Positions 57,059-64,000 of a stretch of DNA of 64,000 nucleotides are shown here, in pieces. Within the stretch, counting starts at the first letter, position 1. Every line of letters starts with the position of its first letter. The stretch is taken from NCBI GenBank assembly GCA_017446055.1, contig JAFSRQ010000079.1:13881-77880 (forward strand), read 5' to 3'. The position numbers and the translations under genes were made by a program. Under the pieces are notes generated by a model. That model ran no database searches. It was not told the DNA's origin and saw only the letters and a program-made list of their open reading frames with translations. The stretch is from Synergistaceae bacterium. Its GTDB lineage: Bacteria > Synergistota > Synergistia > Synergistales > Aminobacteriaceae.

Positions 57059-58163
57059 ATGAATCCCAGCATAAAGACAGAACAGGAAGAACTGCACGGC
57101 ATGTTAAGCGTCATGCAGGACAGCCTTTGACATAGGCACATTAGAAGCACGGTCTCAGGAACTCACACAGAAGTCATCAAGCCCGGATTTCTGGAGCAGT
57201 GAAGGCCATGAAGACACACTCAAAGAGTTATCGCAGGTCAACTCGCGGCTTGCCTCAGTCAGGCGCATTATCTCGGAGTACGAAGAGCTGTCCACGATAA
57301 GCGAGCTTCTGGCGGAGACGGACGACCAAGAGCTTGAGGCAGAATTTTTCCGGCTGGCCTCTGACATGCGGGGGGAAGTTGAGCGGGTCAACCTTCTTCT
57401 GCTGCTCAATGACCCGTACGACTCCTCAAACGCTATACTGATGATACATTCGGGGTCGGGCGGACTTGACTCACAGGACTGGGCCGGGATGCTACTGCGT
57501 ATGTACCTGCGTTACTGTGAGCGCGAAGGTTTTTCCGCAAAAGTCATAGAGGCTACAGCAGATGACGGTGAAGGGATAAAGAGTGCTACGGTTATGATTG
57601 AGGGTGATTACGCTTACGGTATGCTGAAGGCTGAACGCGGAGTGCACCGCCTTGTGAGGATTTCACCATTTGACTCTGCTCACAGGAGGCACACCAGTTT
57701 TGCCAGCGTGTTAGTATCACCTGAGTTCAGCGATGACGTTGACATTGACATACGCCCGGAGGACTTGAAGATTGACACCTTCAGGGCATCGGGCGCGGGA
57801 GGGCAGTACGTCAACAGGACAGACTCAGCCGTCAGGATAACCCACATACCGACAGGAATAGTTGTTACGTGCCAGAACGAACGCTCCCAGCACATGAACA
57901 GGGCTACCGCTCTTCACGTCCTCAAGAGCCGCTTGTACGACATGGCCGAACAGCAGCGGCAGGCTGAATTGTCGTCAGTAGTCGGCGAGAAGAAAGAGTC
58001 CACATGGGGAAGCCAGATACGAAGCTACGTCCTTCACCCTTACACCCTCGTGAAAGACCACCGCACGGGCTACGAGAAGGGCAATATTCAGTCAGTCCTT
58101 GACGGGGATATAGGCGGCTTCATCATGGAGTACCTGAGGCAGAAAGCGAGAGGCAATGCTTAA
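57059..58163 (+). CDS. prfB: peptide chain release factor 2, requires programmed +1 frameshift at 57128
   Basis: Frame 0 gives MNPSIKTEQEELHGMLSVMQDSL then TGA. The +1 frame continues DIGTLEARSQELT..PDFW.. into track ORF 57366..58163, which carries the SPF and GGQ motifs. Confidence 0.92.
57117..57131 (+). promoter_or_regulatory. RF2 autoregulatory +1 frameshift site
   Basis: AGGA cagc CTT TGA C: canonical CUU UGA C with an upstream SD-like AGGA. Confidence 0.85.
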
Positions 58164-59859
58164 GCGGATACTCCTGTTACTGATGATGATACTGCTGACT
58201 GTCCCGGCTTACGGCGCGTTTGTCCCGACAGACCCTGTAATCCCGGTGAACAGTCTCAAGCCCGGCATGAGCGGCTACATGCTTACGGTGATACGTGGCA
58301 CGGAGCCTTCACGGATTCCTGTGCGCATAGTCAGCGTAGTCCCCCAGAAACCGGGCAGGCAGTACAGCAACCTAGTACTCATTCGCCTGACGGGAGGCAC
58401 TAAGCTGGCACAGGGCATGAGCGGCTCGCCCGTCTACATCAGCGGAAGACTCGCGGGGGCAGTCCGAAGCGGCTGGAAGGATGCCGACCACACTATAGCC
58501 GTAATGATGCCGATAGAATACATGTGCAGTATCACCGAACACGAGTCCCCCTCACCAACCTTAGCGGCACTCAGCGCAGTAACAGTATCAGGTCTCAATC
58601 CTACAGGCCCGGCAATGTCGGAGTTGTCGCGCAAGCTCGGCGTAACGTTCACGCAGGGCATAAGCTCGTCATCAGGCGGGACTCTTGCGGGCGGCTCATC
58701 ACTCAGGCCGGGAGACTCACTTGCGGCTATGCTGGTGTGGGGGGATGTGGAGCTGTCAGCTTTTGGGACTGTTACGGCTGTTGACAGGCACGGGAGATTT
58801 CTTGCGTTCGGCCATGAGTTCATGAAGCGGGGAAATTCAGCGTATCCTTCTGCGGGCGCGTATGTTCATGAGACGGTCGACAGTGTGTCATTCCCCTTCA
58901 AGATTGCGTCAACACTCGGCATAAACGGCACTATCACACAGGACAGGGAGTCGGCGGTTGCTGGCAGGTTCGGCGTATATCCTCCGTCAATATCGGGCGA
59001 GTTTGTGTTCCGTGACAATGATGCTGGCACTGAGGACAGGTACAAGTTCCGAACTGTTACCGATGCCTTTATGACCGCTGACTTGTTCGAGGGTATCTGC
59101 AAGGGGCTGGCTGAAGATTCGTGGGGTCGAAAGGGTCAGGGGACTATGAGCGTAACACTTAGGCTTGACGGAAGGAACGTGCCTAACGGATGGACGCGCA
59201 AAGATATATTCTACTCGGACGAGAATATAATTGATGAGGCGTTCAAGCAGGTGAAACTTTTGCTGACGGCATACATGACTCAGCCCTTCAGCGACATATT
59301 GCCGGTTGGCTTCAGGATTACGGCGGAGGCTACACAGTCCCCCAAGGTGCTGCTGATTGATGACGTTACAGTGTCGGAGGACGCGAGTCCCGGCTCTGAT
59401 GTCGAGGTGTCAGTCAGGCTCAGGGGATGGAGGACGGACCCGGTAACACGCAAGTTCACCCTCAAGATTCCCGATGACGCTTCCGGGGTTGTTGAGCTTA
59501 TCGTGCGCGGAGGGGGTACTCAGTCATTCGGCCAGGCAGGTATTGACGGAGGGTGGCGGACTATAACCAGCCTTGAGAGAATGCTGTCGGAGTTCAAAGC
59601 GGCTGACAGTAACAACCAGCTTGTTATAGAGCTTAACGCCGACAGGACCGGGGAATTCCTGAACAGGATAACGAAATCCGGCAAGAAGGGTACAAGTCCC
59701 AAGAGCAGCAAGACACGTGAGCCTGACCTGCTGCCGGAAGAGGAAGAATACCTCAGCGAGACCAAAGAACGCCGCATCAAAGAAGGAACGCTGAAGATAT
59801 ACAGCTCCGACTACTACATTGACGGACTGATGAGAAGGGTAATCCACGTTGAGAAATAG
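58156..59859 (+). CDS. secreted SpoIVB-type peptidase S55 domain protein
   Basis: Signal peptide, and AQGMSGSPVYISGRLAGAV resembling the S55 catalytic-serine block. The C-terminal remainder is unassigned. Confidence 0.55.
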   Translation: MLKRILLLLMMILLTVPAYGAFVPTDPVIPVNSLKPGMSGYMLTVIRGTEPSRIPVRIVSVVPQKPGRQYSNLVLIRLTGGTKLAQGMSGSPVYISGRLAGAVRSGWKDADHTIAVMMPIEYMCSITEHESPSPTLAALSAVTVSGLNPTGPAMSELSRKLGVTFTQGISSSSGGTLAGGSSLRPGDSLAAMLVWGDVELSAFGTVTAVDRHGRFLAFGHEFMKRGNSAYPSAGAYVHETVDSVSFPFKIASTLGINGTITQDRESAVAGRFGVYPPSISGEFVFRDNDAGTEDRYKFRTVTDAFMTADLFEGICKGLAEDSWGRKGQGTMSVTLRLDGRNVPNGWTRKDIFYSDENIIDEAFKQVKLLLTAYMTQPFSDILPVGFRITAEATQSPKVLLIDDVTVSEDASPGSDVEVSVRLRGWRTDPVTRKFTLKIPDDASGVVELIVRGGGTQSFGQAGIDGGWRTITSLERMLSEFKAADSNNQLVIELNADRTGEFLNRITKSGKKGTSPKSSKTREPDLLPEEEEYLSETKERRIKEGTLKIYSSDYYIDGLMRRVIHVEK

Positions 59860-59860
59860 C

Positions 59861-60481
59861 ATGTTCATCACACTGGAAGGTATAGACGGCTGCGGCAAGT
59901 CAACACAGTCGGCAAAACTGGCGCAATGGCTTGAAGCCCGCACGGGTCAGAAAACAGTATGCACATATGAGCCCGGCGGATGGCCTGATGGACAGTCATT
60001 CAGGGATTTCATACTGGGAGGGGGGAAATTGGCGGCAATGACAGAGCTGTTACTGTTTCTTGCTGACCGAAGCGAACACGTGAACCGCGTCATTCTCCCG
60101 GCACTGCGCCAAGGCTACAGCGTAATCTGCGAACGATGGAACGAGTCGACAATGGCATACCAGGCGGGCGGCCATGAGCTGAATATCTCCCACGTGAAGC
60201 GCATAATACGTGCCTGCAATTTTCCCGAACCTGACGCAAAAATCTTCCTCGACATTTCCCCGCAGACTGCAATTCAGCGCATAAACTCCCGCGGCGGAAA
60301 GGGCGACAAGTTCGAGGCTGAAGGACTGCCCTTCATGATGAACGTAGCGAGTTTCTACAGGCTCATAGCAGAGGACGACAAACAGAGATTCATACGCATT
60401 CCGTGTGATGACATGGACGAGTCCGAAGTATTTTCCGCGATAACCTCACGCTTAGAGGCTCATTTATGGCAATCCAGATAA
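59861..60481 (+). CDS. tmk: thymidylate kinase
   Basis: MFITLEGIDGCGKSTQ P-loop and DRS motif (LADRSEH). The start is set at ATG 59861, just after the upstream stop. Confidence 0.9.
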   Translation: MFITLEGIDGCGKSTQSAKLAQWLEARTGQKTVCTYEPGGWPDGQSFRDFILGGGKLAAMTELLLFLADRSEHVNRVILPALRQGYSVICERWNESTMAYQAGGHELNISHVKRIIRACNFPEPDAKIFLDISPQTAIQRINSRGGKGDKFEAEGLPFMMNVASFYRLIAEDDKQRFIRIPCDDMDESEVFSAITSRLEAHLWQSR

Positions 60482-60921
60482 AGCGCGGCGGAAGCGACCC
60501 GTCAGCAGCCTCACAGCCCCGAATAGAATACGGAGGCCACAGCGGAAGCCATGCAGGCCCGGCAAATGCTATAGCCTCGTCAGCATTCAGCTTTGAGTCT
60601 GCGATGGAGGCCACCGAGCTTGAAGAACTCCTTGACCGATTGTATGAGTTATCCGACAAGCTGTCAGTGTTTCCCGGCGGAAGGCTCATCGAGGAATACA
60701 GGAATGTGCTACACGAACTCCTGAAACGTGCCGCAAAGGGTCTCAGGATAAAGCGTGATATGCGCTGGCGGAAGACTGACCGCAAGATGTACGTAACGAT
60801 AGAACGGGCAGGCCAGGCGATGGACGAGCTGGAAGAAGCCTTCAAGTATGAGGGGGACAGGACGAAGGCACTTGCATTGATGGAGGAAATAAAGGGTTGT
60901 CTGATCTCACTGCTAATGTAA
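60466..60921 (+). CDS. yaaR: YaaR/DUF327 family protein
   Basis: Its size and position between tmk and holB match Bacillus-type synteny. The helical sequence ends ..IKGCLISLLM. Confidence 0.55.
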   Translation: MAIQIKRGGSDPSAASQPRIEYGGHSGSHAGPANAIASSAFSFESAMEATELEELLDRLYELSDKLSVFPGGRLIEEYRNVLHELLKRAAKGLRIKRDMRWRKTDRKMYVTIERAGQAMDELEEAFKYEGDRTKALALMEEIKGCLISLLM

Positions 60922-61646
60922 CGTGGCGTGAAATTCTTTCTGAGACTGAGACCGGGAATATCCCGCACTGCCGGGCAATCTCAGCACCCGTAAAATATCA
61001 CGCGGAAATCATAGAGACACTCTCACGCATGATACTGGGGACATACCGCCCCTCACATCCTGACCTGCTGATAATCGGAACAACGGACAAAGCACCCCCA
61101 ATCGGTGAATCTGGCTATGATGGTTCATGCCGCTGGCTAATCGAGAACATAGCCTTGAAGCCTCTCGAAGCGTCCCGGAGATTAGCTGTGATACAGTGCG
61201 CGGACAAACTCAGCAAGGCCGCCGGAAACTCACTGCTCAAGCTCACCGAAGAGCCTCCCGGATATGCCTTCCTGCTGTACCTTATGGAGGACGGAAGATT
61301 ATTCCTGCCGACCCTGAAGAGCCGCTCACGTTTCAGCGCAATCACCATCAGCGACCCAATCACCCCCGTGAAAATTCCTCTTGACGCTCACGAGTGGGTG
61401 CAATGGCTGGCGCGGGCCCGGAAAAGCACCAGCGACAACGACACAATAACGCCTGAGCTTGAAGCATGGAGCAAGTACGCCCTTGACACAGGGAACATTG
61501 AGCTTGCGGAGAAATGCGGGGAACTGAGAGTAATATCATCACGTAAGAATTTATCAGTGCCGATGCTTTGCGACATAATACTGCTGGCACTAATGGAGGG
61601 AAATACAGACATTGAACACATACTTGACGATATTCGGCAAGCCTAG
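60897..61646 (+). CDS. holB: DNA polymerase III delta' subunit
   Basis: GNSLLKLTEEPP and PTLKSRS motifs. TTG start. Confidence 0.8.
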   Translation: MSDLTANVTWREILSETETGNIPHCRAISAPVKYHAEIIETLSRMILGTYRPSHPDLLIIGTTDKAPPIGESGYDGSCRWLIENIALKPLEASRRLAVIQCADKLSKAAGNSLLKLTEEPPGYAFLLYLMEDGRLFLPTLKSRSRFSAITISDPITPVKIPLDAHEWVQWLARARKSTSDNDTITPELEAWSKYALDTGNIELAEKCGELRVISSRKNLSVPMLCDIILLALMEGNTDIEHILDDIRQA

Positions 61647-62751
61647 GTACTTAGGTTTTGCTGACATAGATACGGATGAAGGCTTTGACTTGGAGCGGCC
61701 TAAATGGGCGGTGATAAGGACATCGCGGGGCTATGAGATGGGGCTTCCTGGTGGAATAGTTACGCCGGAACAGCAAGAGATGTACAGGAGGACGACCGCG
61801 AAATTTGATGACACTTCGGAGGCTATGCTTCAGGACGTGGAATTTGTGCGCGAGGCTGACGCTGAAGACATCGAGAACTACTACAACTGTCGGCACGAAG
61901 AGGAAGAAGCACTGCTTGTAGGGCGTGATATTCTTGCGGAATACGGGCTGAATATGAAGCTGGTTGACGTGGAATATATGCTTGACCGAAGGAGGCTGTA
62001 CTTCTACTTTACGGCAACACAGCGGGTAGATTTCCGTGAATATGTGCGTGAGCTGGCGTATGAGTTCCGTACCCGTATAGAGATGCGGCAGATAGGAAGC
62101 CGGGACGAGGCGCGAATAGTGCAGGGCATAGCCTCATGCGGAAGGCCGTGCTGCTGCGGTTACTGGCTAAGGGGATTTTCATCGATAAGCATACGTATCG
62201 TGAAGGAGCAGAGATCCGCGCTTAACCCGACGAAAATATCAGGGATATGCGGACGCTTGATGTGCTGTATGTCCTACGAGAAGGAATTATATTCAGAATT
62301 GTGGTCAAAGCTGCCCGGTCCAGGCACGAAGATTAAGACGGAGAGAGGGATATATACGCTTGAGAGTCTTGATGTTGGACAAGAGCAGGTGAATATACGA
62401 TTTCCGACTGGGCGACTGATTCCCGTAGCGATAAGTGAGTTCCCAGACTTCAGGGACACGGTTCTGCGCGGAGAGGAATGGGGCGAGGACAAAGAATTAG
62501 CCGAGAAGAAGCGCAAGGCCGCCGAGAGAATAGCTGCGATAAAGGCACGTTCTGAACGCCTGAGAGCCTCACGAGTAAGCCGGAGCAGTGCCAAGCCTCC
62601 GAAGACCAGATCCGACAGCCCTGACAGTCCCAACAAGCCAGGCAGGAAGCCCCGTCCCAAGCCCAGACAGGCTAAACCCGCAGGCGAGTCATCCCCGAAG
62701 CCCAAGCCCAGACGACACCGCAAGCCCAATCCGCCCAAACCCGAAGAATGA
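61612..62751 (+). CDS. yaaT: PSP1 domain protein YaaT/RicT with Lys/Pro-rich C-terminal tail
   Basis: PSP1 C-terminal block with Cys cluster GRPCCCGYWL...GICGRLMCCMSYE. Sits downstream of holB. Confidence 0.85.
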   Translation: MNTYLTIFGKPRYLGFADIDTDEGFDLERPKWAVIRTSRGYEMGLPGGIVTPEQQEMYRRTTAKFDDTSEAMLQDVEFVREADAEDIENYYNCRHEEEEALLVGRDILAEYGLNMKLVDVEYMLDRRRLYFYFTATQRVDFREYVRELAYEFRTRIEMRQIGSRDEARIVQGIASCGRPCCCGYWLRGFSSISIRIVKEQRSALNPTKISGICGRLMCCMSYEKELYSELWSKLPGPGTKIKTERGIYTLESLDVGQEQVNIRFPTGRLIPVAISEFPDFRDTVLRGEEWGEDKELAEKKRKAAERIAAIKARSERLRASRVSRSSAKPPKTRSDSPDSPNKPGRKPRPKPRQAKPAGESSPKPKPRRHRKPNPPKPEE

Positions 62752-62800
62752 TACGCACACGAAATCCCCCCGGCCATGAACCGAGGGGATAATTTCTGCC

Positions 62801-63067
62801 TCAATGGTCGCCGTAATGACTCCCGCACTCGACAATACTCACCTGCAAGTCGTCAACGCTGAAGACCAGCCTGTTCTTCTTGTCGATTTTGACGCTAGCA
62901 AGCCCCGATAAAATATTCCTCAGCATTTCGGGCTTGCCATAAGAACACTTATAGCCGTTGCGCTGAATGTCCTTGATGAGCGCATTAACTTTCTTCAAGA
63001 GCTTATGTTCCGACTGCATATCAATGTAATCGTCCCAAGCTCCCGGTGTCCAGAATACTCCGCGCAT
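62801..63067 (-). CDS. yoeB: YoeB/Txe-family toxin
   Basis: FWTPGAWDDYIDMQSEHKLLKKVNALIKDIQRNG...GKPEMLRNILSGLASVKIDKKNRLVF...HY closely follows the YoeB pattern. Confidence 0.85.
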   Translation of the reverse strand: MRGVFWTPGAWDDYIDMQSEHKLLKKVNALIKDIQRNGYKCSYGKPEMLRNILSGLASVKIDKKNRLVFSVDDLQVSIVECGSHYGDH

Positions 63068-63068
63068 A

Positions 63069-63344
63069 TTACTTCACCGCTTCCGCATACATTTTGTCGC
63101 GCATAGCTTTCAACTCCTCCCAGCGTCTCCTGAGTTCGGCGGCTTCCTTAGGCGTAAAACCGTTCAGATCCAGGGATGACAGCCTGACTTCCTGCTTCCT
63201 TACGGCCTGGCTCATGAGCGCGCTCACCACAGCGGACACAGGCAGGCCAATATCCTCACAGAGCTGGGCAAACTCCTTCTTCATCTGCTTGTCGATTGTT
63301 ACGGTCAGCTTGGCTTTCTCCGTCTCACGCTTCATCATTATCAC
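63069..63344 (-). CDS. RelB/DinJ-family ribbon-helix-helix antitoxin
   Basis: KLTVTIDKQMKKEFAQLCEDIGLPVSAVVSALMSQAV fits the DinJ RHH pattern. It ends 1 nt before the yoeB start. Confidence 0.7.
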   Translation of the reverse strand: MIMMKRETEKAKLTVTIDKQMKKEFAQLCEDIGLPVSAVVSALMSQAVRKQEVRLSSLDLNGFTPKEAAELRRRWEELKAMRDKMYAEAVK

Positions 63345-63369
63345 CTCCCTTCATCCAGTGCTGGGGAGT

Positions 63370-63588
63370 TCATGCGGTCGCGGGTATGGCTTCGGCGGGT
63401 TCTTCTTCAAGTCCTTCATCAAGGTTATACAGCTCAAGCCCCATCCCTATCTCATTAAGGCCGTTCATGGAAAAAGTAATCGCCTCAACAAGACGGTCGA
63501 GCTTCTCCATTTCTGCCTTTGCTTCAGGGCTTGTTGACTTGGCGTATTCCTCGAAATCGTCCCACGTTCTTATGTCCTCGTATCTCAA
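63370..63588 (-). CDS. hypothetical acidic protein, possible partner of the upstream HigB-like toxin
   Basis: The TTG start overlaps the toxin stop (TTGA at 63585-63588). The N-terminus RTWDDFEEYAKSTSPEAKAEMEKLDRL resembles the leader of HigA-type antitoxins, but no HTH was recognised. Confidence 0.35.
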   Translation of the reverse strand: MRYEDIRTWDDFEEYAKSTSPEAKAEMEKLDRLVEAITFSMNGLNEIGMGLELYNLDEGLEEEPAEAIPATA

Positions 63589-63958
63589 TTTTCATACCTC
63601 CTCAAATAATCGTCGCGCTCACGTTTTGCCTTCTCAACCTCACGGCGCGGAGTTTTATCCGTTGTCTTGCGGAAATAGTGAAGCAGCACAAATCCGTCAT
63701 CAAGCATGCAGAAGTAAAGTATCTTGTTTTTGCCCGGCCTGAGCTCCCATATATCTTCCTCGATATGCTTCGTATACTTTGCGGGAAGATTCGTTCCATT
63801 TTCGCGGAGAAGCCCTATCTCTGTGAGTAGATTTTGTCATACTGTATGCGGGCATCTTTGCTTGTTGCTGACGACATGAGAAGCCCACTGATAAAATCCA
63901 GCAGCTCACTTCTTCCGTCCTTGTCCCTGTAGAAATCAATCCTGTACACACGATTCAC
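63585..63958 (-). pseudogene. HigB/Gp49-like RelE-superfamily toxin, frameshifted near 63825-63832
   Basis: Not in the ORF track. One frame gives VYRIDFYRDKDGRSELLDFISGLLMSSATSKDARIQYDKI, ending at TAG 63815-63817. Another frame continues LTEIGLLRENGTNLPAKYTKHIEEDIWELRPGKNKILYFCMLDDGFVLLHYFRKTTDKTPRREVEKAKRERDDYLRRYEN. Confidence 0.7.
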
Positions 63959-64000
63959 CTCTCTTCACGCACACAAAAAAGCGGGACTCCCACACTCGGA

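Noticed and set aside
63961-64000. Possible terminator (gggagtcccgctttttt on the minus strand) at the window edge.
   Set aside because: The T-run is present, but the left arm of any stem lies outside the window, so it cannot be evaluated.
1-64000. tRNA, rRNA, tmRNA, RNase P RNA or riboswitch genes.
   Set aside because: The only spacers over 100 nt are 6821-7110, 12907-13269, 16586-17165, 36054-36565, 39393-40008, 45491-45625 and 49599-49732. They are largely explained by junction repeats, terminators or promoters. No cloverleaf or known riboswitch core was recognised by eye, but a covariance-model scan was not possible.

Overview
This is a gene-dense 64-kb chromosomal window with about 50 credible CDS, mostly core housekeeping genes. 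The gene content fits a diderm, LPS-making bacterium with Firmicutes-like operon syntenies. A Synerg-CTERM-like tail on the giant surface protein suggests Synergistota; this is inference, not verified. Left to right: WG-repeat protein (partial); a DinJ-like/YafQ toxin-antitoxin pair with a frameshifted toxin; mutL-mutS-ttcA; tspO; DUF721; mnmG; a VanY-type carboxypeptidase broken by an 11-nt duplication; recF-dnaN without dnaA; an rluD-like gene; a Cdc48/VCP-type double AAA+ ATPase; a ROK kinase; two Gfo/Idh/MocA oxidoreductases; galU; glmM; an Rpn-type PD-(D/E)XK nuclease wedged into the cdaA-cdaR-glmM operon; pyk; dnaE; dnaX; a CapD/PglF-type dehydratase; an LPS block (lpxB-like, msbA-like, lpxK fused to a second lpxB-like domain); maf; uppP; rnj; a pbpC-like PBP; a Na/Pi-PhoU transporter; a 2410-aa repeat-rich surface protein; prfB with its +1 frameshift; an S55 peptidase; tmk-yaaR-holB-yaaT; and a small TA island (DinJ-like/YoeB, then a frameshifted HigB/Gp49-like toxin with a downstream partner). 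No rRNA, tRNA or CRISPR array was recognised. The most unusual signal is not a gene. Eleven gene boundaries, plus one site inside a gene, carry imperfect tandem duplications of the local sequence. These leave remnant or chimeric ORFs that keep ATGA/GTGA start-stop overlaps, an array of six decoy RBS+ATG units in front of lpxK, and duplicated 3' gene ends. All product calls come from motif recognition by eye on the supplied translations. No database search, HMM or alignment program was run.
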